In this document: one piece after another, positions 20,101 to 30,140 of the stretch
Position numbering within the stretch: the stretch's first letter is position 1
Layout: every line of letters begins with the position of its first letter
From: an uncultured virus (IMG/VR IMGVR_UViG_3300032322_002907)
Lineage: Duplodnaviria; Heunggongvirae; Uroviricota; Caudoviricetes
Virus record (IMG/VR): IMGVR_UViG_3300032322_002907
DNA: 64,000 nt
Strand: one strand, 5' to 3'
The notes under the pieces: model-generated
What the model was told of the DNA's origin: nothing
The model's database searches: none
What the model saw: only the letters and a program-made list of their open reading frames with translations
Program-made: the position numbers and the translations under genes

Positions 20101-20740
20101 TTTCTGTTACGATTGTTTCTGATAATGTTAATCCGACACGATAAGATGGTGTATTTGTATATTTTTCAAGAGGTATAGTTTGTGCTAAAACTTTAATAAA
20201 GTTATTGTTAGCAAAATAAACACCCTCTTGTATAGCGGCTATAGAACTTGAAAATACAGCTTGAGTTGCATTCGTAACAAAAACTGTGCTTGTACCTTGA
20301 ATCGTGATTGTTTCAGATGTTCCAAATTCGTTTGTTACAAAATTAGTGCCTGTTTTTGTAAAACGAACAATAAGTGTTGGGGGATCATCTCCCTCAGCAT
20401 TAAGTCCTAAAAGTACAAGAGCCTCGACTCCTGTGCTATTCCCGACAATAATTTTATTCTCGCCATTAAAAAGTGTTGATAGATTTGTTGATCCAACACT
20501 GGCAGTAGTTAATTTGACTGCTTTTACATTTTTGTCAATTGATATTTGACCGGGAATGACCATGGCACCTTCTTCGAAAAAGTGCTTTCCCATTCTTTCA
20601 ACCTGCTTTTGCATAATAGTTTGCAATTGCGTAAGTTCACGCGCTTGCACTGCCACGCCAGGTTTGAATAGAATTCTATGGAATCCCTTATCCTCGTCAT
20701 AATCATCATAATATGGATTAACATTAAAATTAATTGCCAT
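17132..20740 (-). CDS. N-terminal half of DUF4815/VrlC-like baseplate structural protein (1202 aa)
   Basis: NVNPYYDDYD...RILFKPG.AVQARELTQLQ, APGADR, LARRT.EESG.Y, KRYTMRDIG.LE.RI...EYY..LSLLE, KNGF.VDNF motifs. Confidence 0.85.
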   Translation of the reverse strand: MAINFNVNPYYDDYDEDKGFHRILFKPGVAVQARELTQLQTIMQKQVERMGKHFFEEGAMVIPGQISIDKNVKAVKLTTASVGSTNLSTLFNGENKIIVGNSTGVEALVLLGLNAEGDDPPTLIVRFTKTGTNFVTNEFGTSETITIQGTSTVFVTNATQAVFSSSIAAIQEGVYFANNNFIKVLAQTIPLEKYTNTPSYRVGLTLSETIVTEIDDETLYDNSIGTTNESAPGADRYKMELVLSKLSLTSEFDQDFFELARIENGVILRTVNRTQYNILEKTLARRTFEESGNYTVNPFRIQIREHRNNDRGQWAQGAAYLRKDVVINNGNIYVAIDSGTAGGTAPVHTLGAVSDGTVKWLYTENPPYNRGFSLTGSETNLSVGIEPGKAYINGYEIEKIATQYLTVSKARDTRAVSSEEIDVTIGNYALITDVNMGVAATTFDFSKFPNVKLYSDLEATTEIGSAKLRGVYYHTGNASLANAVFKLSLFNINVNENFSFKRDVKRIKAVSGATTTFSANIALYELNPGLNTDYVELPQTVSVSGTAVTGQGTSFFNDFKAGDYIYIDSTKQLLKVSSITSDYSLTVSTSAISATNSRYYRAEMVLREPEHTPALFSLPFDAIKSTSSAVFYNLKALERTAAAGVVTIDSGNVVPSNMTLDDVVVFNRTDNGNTQLATSLTVGTGGAGFTLSGLTGTNDYTILAPIKSAAAARTKTSTIKSQLLTNDAAKGTVLLIENFDVYKIDAVKQIGTFANNLAGNVDITHWFTFDSGQRPTHYERSRLTRKTGFPAPGGNVRIDFRYFLHGGGLDGYFDASSYNNINYEDIPIVGGYIKLSDVLDFRPVLESTITGVTGIEEGSSGFQSSFLPHRNYPLTVNYEHYLPRIDKISMDLRGNIFTTAGAPSVVPADPENPATGMTLYKLNLAPYTPIPSPPAVNISYIDNKRYTMRDIGELEKRIQNVEYYTALSLLEQDTASLSIRDSLGLERYKNGFIVDNFEGHGVGEVTSLDYRCAVDMENNELRPTHTMQNVNLIEKSPSTRTTSGYQVTGDLITLKYTHKVLARQAFASKTENINPFAIASFNGSITLNPPGDEWFEVEQRPDIIVNQEGDFDATVASLQATGSLGTVWNAWQTQWTGSTITTGLTVDSYGFGTFTAEEFATINGSGGLWSDTIFAMSDSATQARIRTAWDATPAIDNSGSTW

Positions 20741-20749
20741 GGCTTCTCT

Positions 20750-22135
20750 TTAAAATTCTATAACTACGAAAACGTCTTCTACTTGGTCAGTAGCTCTTGT
20801 AATTACATTTCTATTATCTATATAGATAATTTCGCCCGATCTAGGATTAACAGCAGCATTACCTAATTCAAGAATTTGTCCAACACCGATGCTATCTACA
20901 TATAAATTTTCACTTAAAACAAAACGTTTAAAGTTTGCTTCAACGTTTGCAGACGATGTTTCTGTTTGCACATAATTAATGACATTACCAACAAACCCTA
21001 CAACGGTTGCATTAGCTCCAGAAGTCAATCCTTTTAGCGTTGCACCTGAAGTCAATTTGTATGAATTCGTGATAACACCGTCAATAGTTACATTCGAATA
21101 GGCTCTTAGCAGTGTATTTGCACCCGTAAGAGTAGGAACATTTGTTGTACCAAAGAGAGTAGGATCTTTTAAAACCCCGATTTGCCTAAATTTAAAATTT
21201 TCAGTCGGAATAGTAGGTGCATCAGATTGTTCAAATCTTACGTTCACCATAGCGTAAATTGCACCAAGTTCGTCAATTGTATCTGATCCATGACCGCCAG
21301 GAGGTGAAAGAATAGGTTCAATAACAACATTACCCAAGCCGTAATTTGTTCCTGTTGCCGGGTCGATTAGACCTGTAATTTTTGCTTGTATATAGCTGTT
21401 TCCATACACTCTCGTAGTAACACTACTCACATTACCCGCACTGTTAATACGAATATATGCATTTGCAGTTCCATCGCCGGCACCTACAATTTTTGCAAAA
21501 TATAATCCTGGGGTGGGTGTTGGACCCCCTACGTTTGCACTTAAAATATTATATCCGTAAATACCTGTGACATTAGAAGCTAATGTGCTAACTGAAGAAT
21601 TTACATTAAGTACAGGAATAAAGCTAGTTGTGCCAAATTTGACCCAAGTACCCACAGGAATGGTATACATGAATTTCCAAACATAACTATCTTGTGTTGC
21701 ATTTTTGTTTTCAACCAACCCTGTATGCACTGCACCAGTTCCTAGGGGTTCATTAATAGTTACATTACCTAACCCATTGCTTAGGCACTTATAAACGTTG
21801 TATTGCGAATTGATAACAAAATATCTAAAATCAAACAAATTCCCTGATGCGATTCTATCATTATATTGTGCGTATACATTGCCTGCTGCCCAATTATATC
21901 GCGGGATAGCATGAATTATGTCATTGGTTGTGACTAATTTCATTGCCTCCATATTATCCCAAATATCTCTTTGAGTGGCGTAATCATCTGCAGCCTGGGG
22001 TGGCGCATTTTCTGTAGGCCAAGTAGTGGGTTTTCCGAGGAAAACATAATATACTGTATTTTCTGACTCAGATACCGACTCGACGAATGCTTTGGCATTT
22101 AAAAGTCGTGTATCTTTTGTAATGATAGCTGCCAT
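20750..22135 (-). CDS. gp8: Baseplate wedge protein gp8
   Basis: R.NW..G..Y, VYKCL.N, YVWKFMYTI, P.GGHG, SGEI.YIDNR..ITR...Q.ED motifs; synteny. Confidence 0.85.
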   Translation of the reverse strand: MAAIITKDTRLLNAKAFVESVSESENTVYYVFLGKPTTWPTENAPPQAADDYATQRDIWDNMEAMKLVTTNDIIHAIPRYNWAAGNVYAQYNDRIASGNLFDFRYFVINSQYNVYKCLSNGLGNVTINEPLGTGAVHTGLVENKNATQDSYVWKFMYTIPVGTWVKFGTTSFIPVLNVNSSVSTLASNVTGIYGYNILSANVGGPTPTPGLYFAKIVGAGDGTANAYIRINSAGNVSSVTTRVYGNSYIQAKITGLIDPATGTNYGLGNVVIEPILSPPGGHGSDTIDELGAIYAMVNVRFEQSDAPTIPTENFKFRQIGVLKDPTLFGTTNVPTLTGANTLLRAYSNVTIDGVITNSYKLTSGATLKGLTSGANATVVGFVGNVINYVQTETSSANVEANFKRFVLSENLYVDSIGVGQILELGNAAVNPRSGEIIYIDNRNVITRATDQVEDVFVVIEF

Positions 22136-22159
22136 TCAGGGTCTCCGAAATATTTCTAA

Positions 22160-22167
22160 TATTTATA
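22160..22167 (-). promoter_or_regulatory. T4-type late promoter TATAAATA
   Basis: Exact consensus ~25 nt upstream of the gp8 start; gp33 is encoded in the window. Confidence 0.8.
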
Positions 22168-22172
22168 GGAAT

Positions 22173-24284
22173 TTATCCTAATCGTCTTATTAACTTTTTA
22201 ACATGTACATTACTAACATTGCCCGTAAATCCTGTTGCTGAAACGATTACGTTTGCGATTGGAGTATCAATCCAAAAAATTTCACTATAAGATCCAGGTG
22301 ATGATCTGGATGTGCCGACAAACGTATTTGATGCTAAAGCAACTGAACCCGCTGAACTAGAAATAATTTCATATGTCGCCATATACTTATTGTTTGCATC
22401 AGCAGTGTATTGTTGCACTGTGTTTGAGGTCGCTGCAGTAATATCTAAATTACCCAATGAAATCGATTGGCCTGCACCTACAGCCCAGTTAGATGAAGAT
22501 GTAAAGCGACTATTCAATATCACATTAGATAAGCCTTGATATATATCCGTCGATAAAGCTATTTGAGGATCTGTGAGTTTGTCATAATTATTAGTTACTC
22601 TCTCAGGCGTCCAATCTTGAATATCATAAATCCTTAAACTTGAATTATAAAATTTCCATCTATCAAAATCTCTATAGAATATGCCTGAACTTCTGTATTT
22701 GTAAATGTCTCGAGATACACGCCCAACTGATTCAATAATGATCTGATTAATACCTCGAGAAGGAACATCTGCTCCAATAGGGTTCGCGATTTGAAGGCGC
22801 ATTAAAGAGGTTGTGTATGCACCTCCTGGTTCAACTTTAGTGGCAGAAAATGCATTTGCAAAAACCAAGAATACGCGCGTGAATAATTTGTATCCCACTG
22901 GATGGATACTTTTCTTAATTATATCCTTCCAAAGATATGACGACTGGTCGGCAGTTATTTGATAAGAATAATCTTGATAAAAGTCACCATCTTGTAGCTT
23001 TTTTTCATCTGAAATTTGACTGTTTTTGTTTAAAAACTCTGCAGGATAGCTTGCAATCGCACCAAATCGAGGAACTAAATTTGCACTTCTTGCATCTAAT
23101 GTCAAATTACCTGTAATTACTCCCGCATTGCCGCGAATAAGGGTATTTGCTACATTAAATTTTTTGCTTGTTAAAACAGAATTGACAGTATAAGTATTTG
23201 ATCCTCGAGTAACACCTGAAGTAAATGTCAGGTTAATCGTGTCGTTATATGATAACCCGTGAAATAACGCATTCCCTGAGGAGAACAATGTAATGTCTGC
23301 GATGTTACCTTTAAGAGAAAACGCGCCATTATAATTTACTAGCGGTGTGGGGAAAAATAAATTTAAAACAGTTGAACTATTATATTCATTATCTGTATCA
23401 ACATGATTAACTAAATCGATTTGTTTGATTTGTCCAGTGGGTCCAACACGACCGATTGTTCCTAAAAAGGTAGAAACAGATATAGTATCATCATACAGCT
23501 CAGAATCTTCAACATGCCCTGTTCCAGGATCGATAATATCAATAGAAGAAATAGCATTATAAAACTTAATATTTCCTACTATATCCAAATTACCTGTTGT
23601 CAGATTTCCATAATTTAATGTCACTATCTCACCGGGAATAAAGTCACCGGTTAGCGAATCGTTTTCAATTTTCATTTCATAAAGAGGAATCGTACCATCT
23701 TCAAGAAACTTTAATGAAAACAATGAGTCAATGACTACTGATGCACCTGATTGTTGACCTCGAATAACACCTGCACCGTATTCTGAAACAACAACATTAG
23801 CTAAAGGATCATATAAGAATATTGTTTTGATTGTTTTCCATTCGGAGTCTGATGGGCGAAATATATCAACCTTCGGATAATAAACACTTATTTCAGCATC
23901 AAACAACAAACGAAACAGCAAACGTATCGCTTTTTCAGATCCTTTAGATCCATGATAATCAGTTAATCTTTTTGCAAGTAATCTTTTACTTTCTGTTGAA
24001 CTGACAAGCCCGCTATCAACTAAAGAAAGCTGATCTTTAAAAACACTCTTAGGTAAATTGTAAGCATATTGACTAATAAAATAGTCAACGAAAGCATTTG
24101 CTGTTTCATCTATATCAGCAAATGAGCGGGCCTTTTGTATATTATATTGAACTTGCCCATTCTGTTCATTGTATTCGTAATATTTTTCAAGAAAAGTTTG
24201 AAAAATAGGATATGTTTCCCGAACGAAATCGGGTAACTGATCCTCAACTAGTTGAGATAATTTTTCGTCGATAGAAGTAGTCAT
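22173..24284 (-). CDS. Baseplate wedge protein (gp7-like), 703 aa
   Basis: QLPDFVR..YP.F..FL..YYE, SKGSE..I.LLFR.LF, LQD..FYQDYSY, HP.G motifs; between gp6 and gp8. Confidence 0.75.
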   Translation of the reverse strand: MTTSIDEKLSQLVEDQLPDFVRETYPIFQTFLEKYYEYNEQNGQVQYNIQKARSFADIDETANAFVDYFISQYAYNLPKSVFKDQLSLVDSGLVSSTESKRLLAKRLTDYHGSKGSEKAIRLLFRLLFDAEISVYYPKVDIFRPSDSEWKTIKTIFLYDPLANVVVSEYGAGVIRGQQSGASVVIDSLFSLKFLEDGTIPLYEMKIENDSLTGDFIPGEIVTLNYGNLTTGNLDIVGNIKFYNAISSIDIIDPGTGHVEDSELYDDTISVSTFLGTIGRVGPTGQIKQIDLVNHVDTDNEYNSSTVLNLFFPTPLVNYNGAFSLKGNIADITLFSSGNALFHGLSYNDTINLTFTSGVTRGSNTYTVNSVLTSKKFNVANTLIRGNAGVITGNLTLDARSANLVPRFGAIASYPAEFLNKNSQISDEKKLQDGDFYQDYSYQITADQSSYLWKDIIKKSIHPVGYKLFTRVFLVFANAFSATKVEPGGAYTTSLMRLQIANPIGADVPSRGINQIIIESVGRVSRDIYKYRSSGIFYRDFDRWKFYNSSLRIYDIQDWTPERVTNNYDKLTDPQIALSTDIYQGLSNVILNSRFTSSSNWAVGAGQSISLGNLDITAATSNTVQQYTADANNKYMATYEIISSSAGSVALASNTFVGTSRSSPGSYSEIFWIDTPIANVIVSATGFTGNVSNVHVKKLIRRLG

Positions 24285-24286
24285 TA

Positions 24287-26341
24287 TTATTTAGGTACCG
24301 CAAGTGTGCTAATCGAAGTTCCTGCCAATCTATTAACAGCTTCGTTAGCAGAGTCTGTGTCAAGACGTAAAATTTGATTTTTCGAAACAAATATATCTTC
24401 TGAATCTCGTGTTAAGCGCAAATATAAGCGTAAATCTGTTTGGTCAATCAAAAATCCATAAACGTTAAGACTGTTAATCACCACAACACCTGAATCGTAT
24501 TGTATTTTTCCTACGTTATTATTCAAGACACGATTATCTCTTGTTGTTACAACCTTGATTGTTCCTGTTTGTGATTCTGTAATAGTAATTGAACCATAAT
24601 CAACACCAGATTCTTGTGTAATTAATGTAAGAGTTCGTGGTGTTGGAACAGAATCAACAGTATATATCCCGTCTAAAGCAGACCCTGTGAAGTTAACTGT
24701 TATTTTTTCTCCAGCGACCAACCCATGAGGCGCAAGTGGCGTATTAACAGAGACAATTTGACCTGTTCTGCGATAGCTTCCTGTGACAATTTTTGAGCTT
24801 TCATCCTTAATATCAATTAACTTACTTTCAATAACCTCGCCTAATAAATTATAGAAGAAGAACGTAGATGAAAGTACTTCATGTTCTATCTTATTTTCCA
24901 ACTTAAAACTTTGTGAGAACGCTACTCCAGGATCAGGATTTAATCGTCTTTCAAGAATAGGAATCATACTATTACTTAAAATAGATTGCTTTGCACCATC
25001 AATAGCTGCGATAAGTTTTGAAGCTGAGAAGTCATCGCCGAATTTAGTAATATTTTCATTAAAGTAGTTTTCTATCGCAATACGAATAGCATTTTCTACA
25101 TCTGTTGAACTATCATTTGTAACATTAGGATTATACTTTGCGATATCTTGAATAACGATATAAAAGATTTCAGGATCAACAAACTCGGTTTGCATTCCCA
25201 ACATTCGACGTTTATCTATTTCTGTCAGGATTTGTGACTTTCTTGTCGTAGTCAAAATCTGATTAGGTTTCGTTTGAATTGAAACAAAAACTTTTCCATA
25301 TTTTGGTGGATCATTATCTTCTCCACCCCATACAATTACTTGTTCAATGTAAGGATATGTTCCTCTTAAAAAATTCTCATAATCTGTAGTTGTAACTAAT
25401 CTATTTTGTGCAGTTGAGTTTCGAACTGCATTAAATCGAATTTCATCGATTGTTTCTTCAGGTGAGGCGCCAGATGATTTTTGTGTAACTGCTATGCTAA
25501 CATCAGTATAACCTTGAATAGATGTTGCAACGCTGAATGTTTGAGGAATTTTTTCTGAAACATTTGCTACTTCCCCTGCTGTCACCAAATATTCTAATGT
25601 AACCTGATTTCCTACAGAAAGAGCTTTACCTAAAATGCCGTCGCCAAAATATACCTCATATAAACCAAATGCATTTTGTTCAAGAAAGTATACTTCCGCA
25701 GCACCTGTTAATTCAGTAATATCTTTTGTAAATCGTGCATAAGCTGCAGTTTCTGTAGATGTTGAGCTTGGTTGAACAGAAACCTTAAGGGTGTCAGTAT
25801 CGATATTTCTATTTTGTATGACATATTTTTGAGCAGGACCTGGCGTAGGTTTCACTTCAAATTTGTTTACTACAAAGGTTCCTTCGTAAATAGAAAGACC
25901 TTCATATGAATAAACACCTGCTGATGGAATAATTGTTGCAGGTTCAATATTATAAAATGTGTATGTTTTTGAATCAATAACAGATGTAAACGCAGTGTAA
26001 CGATCTATGATTAGAGATGGCGGATTTCCTTGCACATTATTAACTGTTACATTAATTTTTGCTACAGCTCCCTTTGCACTTCTTGGAGTGTAATTTAACA
26101 TTTTAGCAAGGGAAACAACTGACTCTCTTTTAACAGCACTGTCGATGAATACCTCATTCACCGCCATATTTAGATAAAAAGAATTATAGTGAGTATTGTA
26201 TGCAAGCGTATCAATCAGAACAGATAGACCTGAACCTTCGAAGTCATAATCGGTAAATTCGGATTGCTGTTTAAAGAAATCCTTTAAATTTTTCTTGATT
26301 TCATCAAAATCAAGTTCAGATACTTTTAAACTGGTAGCCAT
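24287..26341 (-). CDS. gp6: Baseplate wedge protein gp6
   Basis: ELDFD.IK..L..F...Q.EF.DYDFEGS.L..LID.LAYNTHY, QNR.VT..DY, WGGE.N.PP.YGKVF. Confidence 0.93.
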   Translation of the reverse strand: MATSLKVSELDFDEIKKNLKDFFKQQSEFTDYDFEGSGLSVLIDTLAYNTHYNSFYLNMAVNEVFIDSAVKRESVVSLAKMLNYTPRSAKGAVAKINVTVNNVQGNPPSLIIDRYTAFTSVIDSKTYTFYNIEPATIIPSAGVYSYEGLSIYEGTFVVNKFEVKPTPGPAQKYVIQNRNIDTDTLKVSVQPSSTSTETAAYARFTKDITELTGAAEVYFLEQNAFGLYEVYFGDGILGKALSVGNQVTLEYLVTAGEVANVSEKIPQTFSVATSIQGYTDVSIAVTQKSSGASPEETIDEIRFNAVRNSTAQNRLVTTTDYENFLRGTYPYIEQVIVWGGEDNDPPKYGKVFVSIQTKPNQILTTTRKSQILTEIDKRRMLGMQTEFVDPEIFYIVIQDIAKYNPNVTNDSSTDVENAIRIAIENYFNENITKFGDDFSASKLIAAIDGAKQSILSNSMIPILERRLNPDPGVAFSQSFKLENKIEHEVLSSTFFFYNLLGEVIESKLIDIKDESSKIVTGSYRRTGQIVSVNTPLAPHGLVAGEKITVNFTGSALDGIYTVDSVPTPRTLTLITQESGVDYGSITITESQTGTIKVVTTRDNRVLNNNVGKIQYDSGVVVINSLNVYGFLIDQTDLRLYLRLTRDSEDIFVSKNQILRLDTDSANEAVNRLAGTSISTLAVPK

Positions 26342-26733
26342 TACCTATTCCTATTAATAAGTGTTGTTACTTTTATTGGCTTATCACTATTAACAATTTT
26401 AAATATAACCGTAATCGTCAATTCATTTTGATCTTCTGTATTACTCACGATTATATCTATAATGTCTGCTCGAGGTTCATATGCCCTTAAAATATCTTCA
26501 ACCGCTTTTCTTGCCAGCTGTAACGTCAATGGTGTAAAGTTTTCAAACAATAATTGATGAATACCACATCCGATTTCAGGATGAAAGGGTCGATCAAAAT
26601 TTTTAGTCGAAATGAGATTACGGATCGCACTCTTCACTGCTTCTTCATCTTCTACTTTAACAACATCAGCAGTTGCAGGGTGCGATCTGAAATTTAAATT
26701 AATATCTGAGAATAAGCGTGTATTGTTTGCCAT
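26341..26733 (-). CDS. gp25: Baseplate wedge subunit gp25
   Basis: D..L.F..HP...D, AVK.AIRNL..T...RPF.P.IG, YEPR motifs. Confidence 0.92.
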   Translation of the reverse strand: MANNTRLFSDINLNFRSHPATADVVKVEDEEAVKSAIRNLISTKNFDRPFHPEIGCGIHQLLFENFTPLTLQLARKAVEDILRAYEPRADIIDIIVSNTEDQNELTITVIFKIVNSDKPIKVTTLINRNR

Positions 26734-26756
26734 AAAAGTATTTATTACCTTTTGTT

Positions 26757-27080
26757 TTAACCAGCAAAAACTTTTGTGCTACCTGATGTAATAATGTTAT
26801 CACCATAATTATCACCGATTCTTGCAATAGGTTTTCCGTTTACAAAAACTTTTGATGAAAAGGTTGATAAAACTTGTGTATCAGGTATACACCCTGTTCT
26901 ATTGTGTACAGCAGGTAAATCACCTTGAACAACGGGGGGGATGCCTTCTACAAACACATTTGTGACGGTTGCTGCACCCGTGTTTGTATTCAACGGTAAT
27001 CGACAATTGGGTTTACCTGGGCCTGCCCCATCAGGAGAAAATACAGTGTCTGTTCCATTAGCTCGTGCAACTGCTGGCAT
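26757..27080 (-). CDS. PAAR spike-tip protein (gp5.4-like)
   Basis: MPAVAR, VFVNGKPIARIGD, GSTKVFAG. Confidence 0.9.
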   Translation of the reverse strand: MPAVARANGTDTVFSPDGAGPGKPNCRLPLNTNTGAATVTNVFVEGIPPVVQGDLPAVHNRTGCIPDTQVLSTFSSKVFVNGKPIARIGDNYGDNIITSGSTKVFAG

Positions 27081-27649
27081 TATATATCACTCTGACTTAA
27101 AAGGTTACGAAAAGTTGCTGTTGCAAGGTCTGATCTCCAATAAGCAGTTTGTAGCAAAAGGTTTGAATTGTTTTCAAATGAGGAATCATCTAGATTAGTA
27201 ACTGTTACTGTGACGTTTTGCGTGAATTGTTTTGTTCGTGTTGTAGGTATAGCCCATTGAACAATCGTTAAAAAATCTTCTCCCGAATCACTCTGAAGTT
27301 TTTTCAACGTTTTTTTATCTCTTAATAAGACATTATAATATCCATCAGTAAAAATATCTGTCGGTGTACCGGAAACGCGGATAACCTGGTCAGATACTTT
27401 AATTGCAGAGAGACCTGATACATTAGCAGTATAAGAAACTAAATCCACTTTAGTTGATACATTCGTTTCAGGATCACCCGGCATAGGCCCAGGAGTAACC
27501 AATTGATATCTTAAATCAAAAGAGATGGGGTTGTTTTCATAAATGTCTTTTAAAAGTGGTTCGGGGTCTGAAAAGCCTAATGGGGGGTCGGGAAACCCCT
27601 GAACGTTTCCAACTAATAATTTTATTTGAACACCCGGAGTAAGAGGCAT
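27080..27649 (-). CDS. Hypothetical protein between gp5 and PAAR (189 aa)
   Basis: Tightly coupled ORF in the baseplate operon. Confidence 0.6.
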   Translation of the reverse strand: MPLTPGVQIKLLVGNVQGFPDPPLGFSDPEPLLKDIYENNPISFDLRYQLVTPGPMPGDPETNVSTKVDLVSYTANVSGLSAIKVSDQVIRVSGTPTDIFTDGYYNVLLRDKKTLKKLQSDSGEDFLTIVQWAIPTTRTKQFTQNVTVTVTNLDDSSFENNSNLLLQTAYWRSDLATATFRNLLSQSDI

Positions 27650-27650
27650 A

Positions 27651-30140
27651 TTAAGCTAGATTAATAAATTTGTTTCTTGCGTAAACTTGGTGATCTTTAA
27701 ATGTTGCAATGGGTACCGCAGCCCTTTGACCCCCTTTATCAAAAGCAATATGAATCCATGGATTTCTTGCTCCTCCGCCATATTCCAGAAGTAATTGCTT
27801 ATACGGCACATTTTCCGCGATCCAATTAACTATTTCGAAATATTGTGAAGGTTGTACTGTCGGAAACTGAATATCTGCTGCCATACCCATACCGTGGTCA
27901 GAAACGTTTGTTCTTCCTGCTACATCAAGTCGGAATGCATTCGTGACTATCATATCAGGATACTTTTCTTTTATCTTGTCTAAGCAATTTACTGCAAGAT
28001 TTTTAAGATTACAAACGATTTGACCTGTTGTTAACCCTCTTTGACTGACCACTTTTTCTTTAATAACAACTGCTCGAGACGACAATTGACCTAAATTAAA
28101 GTAACGTGACAATTGAATATTATCTGAGAAGAATGTGATTCCCACAAATTCATTACAATTACAATCGATTGGAGGAACAGCATTTTGTTGTGGTTCAGAT
28201 GAAGCACCCTCAGTTGGGCTAGTTTCAACTACATCACCATTGGCAACTTGTCGTTGATGAATTTCTTCTGCCCCTGGTTCACCTGCATCTAAATCAAATG
28301 CATCTTGATTGCAATCAGGTCTTTGTAATGGATTAACATCAGTTTCTTCGAATGAAAGCGTACCTGGTGCTACCCCCAATCCATTTGAAGAAACGCTTGA
28401 AGCCGTACCAGATGCAAGGTTTAATAACCCACTTGGATCAAAATTTATATCCGCTGCAACAGTATCGAAATTGCCTGCGGCAGTAAATCTTACATCACCC
28501 CCAACATAAGCGTCAAAGTTTTGTTCTGTATCAATATTGAATGCCTTCGCTTTGATATTTAAATCACCCCCCGCGATGATATTCATATCTTCTGCAACAT
28601 TTAAATTAAGTTTATTATTAACCGTTAAATTAGTTTCACCATAGATTTGAATATCTGCTTTATTCTTAACTAATATTTGTGTAGCACCCTCAACGGTTAA
28701 TTTGTATGCGCCGCGAGTATACAGGTAATTATTATGTTCAACTAATTCAAAGTTATCACCCACAGTTTTTCTGACCATCGATCCATTTACATCAATTTCA
28801 ATAAATGTTCCTGCCTTGTGGTATACATGTATTCTTTCTTGACCTTTTGTATTATCAAACTCAACAATGTGTCCCGCTTCAGTTTCGAACGTTTGATTAT
28901 AGGGATATTTTGCACAAAAGGCGGGAAAGGGTTCATCCCAAGGTTCACCAGTGACTACAGGAATATCTTCTCTTCTTGTTGTTCTTCTTTTTTCGATTAC
29001 TGTCTTTTCTATCGAACCTGCTGCTAATTTATTTGTGTCAGGTTGATTTGCATAATCACACTTAGGATATTCATTATTTGGATCAGCAAATGGGCGAGGC
29101 TCCAAATTGCTCATGTTGTTCAAAGGATCTGCAGGATTTACGCTTGCGGGAATATCTCCTGGGGGTTCATTGGGTAATGGTATTGAAGGCCCAACAGCAA
29201 GAGCACCCAAGTCATAATATGTTTTTCCTGTTACACCGTTACCGTCTTTACTATCTTTTCCAGAAGCAAAGGCAATAGCACCACCCGCACCCAATAAGTG
29301 AGAAACACTTAAAAGACCTGCAACCTTTCCCGGATCATCATTTGTTGTTATAATGTTCTTTCTTTTTAACACATTATAATTAAATGTTAAATTCTCAAAC
29401 ATTATTCTTTCTTGTTTGGATCCTTGATTAATATAATCTTGCTTTGACTTTAATCCGTTTTTATTTGTCCAAGACTCGGGATCATCAAGAACAGAGTTTG
29501 ACAACTTTTGATTATTTCCTACCTTCACATACCCTAATGTCGCTAAAGCAGGAGCCCCAAATTGATACTTACCAATATAACCAAATCTGTTTTGGGCCCC
29601 ATAATTTTGTGTGCCGCCAGGAATAGAACTAGATTCTTTTCTTCCTACCTCGTCCATCAATCTTTGCACCTGTAATTCTGTTAGAGGAGGTAAAGTGCCT
29701 ATTTCAGGTGAAATCGATACAGCCCCCGATAGAATAGGATTACCTGATCCGTCAACAACTGGTGCACCATCAGCTGATCTAACTACATTCGGAGGATTGT
29801 TTGTTTGTTGTTGTGTTGATTCAACGCATCGTGGTAATGGTGAAGGTAATCCTCCTAACGAACCCATAATGATGGGTTGTTGCATATCATCGCCATCTAA
29901 GAAGAATCCTACTACCCAACTGCCTGTCATCAATCCGACGGGTGCAGAACCAATGCCTGAGATCGCAGCAGACGTCGATGGCTGCATTATTAATGCCCAA
30001 GGTAGGTCTTCTGTGGGTAGAATTGAACGATTATCGGTATGATAGCCAATAATTCGCACACGCACGCGACCTAATTTTTCTGGATCGTTTCTATCTTCAA
30101 CGACTCCTACCCACCAATTAAATGCTTGTTTTAATATCAT
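27651..30140 (-). CDS. gp5: Baseplate hub/spike gp5 with internal lysozyme-like domain and C-terminal peptidase M15-like domain
   Basis: WWVGVVEDR.DP...GRVRVR OB-fold; ESS...YIGKYQFG lytic domain; YPYN...ETE.GH..E.D.T.G.ERI...H..GT beta-helix start; SDH..G.AADI...WIH C-terminus. Confidence 0.9.
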   Translation of the reverse strand: MILKQAFNWWVGVVEDRNDPEKLGRVRVRIIGYHTDNRSILPTEDLPWALIMQPSTSAAISGIGSAPVGLMTGSWVVGFFLDGDDMQQPIIMGSLGGLPSPLPRCVESTQQQTNNPPNVVRSADGAPVVDGSGNPILSGAVSISPEIGTLPPLTELQVQRLMDEVGRKESSSIPGGTQNYGAQNRFGYIGKYQFGAPALATLGYVKVGNNQKLSNSVLDDPESWTNKNGLKSKQDYINQGSKQERIMFENLTFNYNVLKRKNIITTNDDPGKVAGLLSVSHLLGAGGAIAFASGKDSKDGNGVTGKTYYDLGALAVGPSIPLPNEPPGDIPASVNPADPLNNMSNLEPRPFADPNNEYPKCDYANQPDTNKLAAGSIEKTVIEKRRTTRREDIPVVTGEPWDEPFPAFCAKYPYNQTFETEAGHIVEFDNTKGQERIHVYHKAGTFIEIDVNGSMVRKTVGDNFELVEHNNYLYTRGAYKLTVEGATQILVKNKADIQIYGETNLTVNNKLNLNVAEDMNIIAGGDLNIKAKAFNIDTEQNFDAYVGGDVRFTAAGNFDTVAADINFDPSGLLNLASGTASSVSSNGLGVAPGTLSFEETDVNPLQRPDCNQDAFDLDAGEPGAEEIHQRQVANGDVVETSPTEGASSEPQQNAVPPIDCNCNEFVGITFFSDNIQLSRYFNLGQLSSRAVVIKEKVVSQRGLTTGQIVCNLKNLAVNCLDKIKEKYPDMIVTNAFRLDVAGRTNVSDHGMGMAADIQFPTVQPSQYFEIVNWIAENVPYKQLLLEYGGGARNPWIHIAFDKGGQRAAVPIATFKDHQVYARNKFINLA

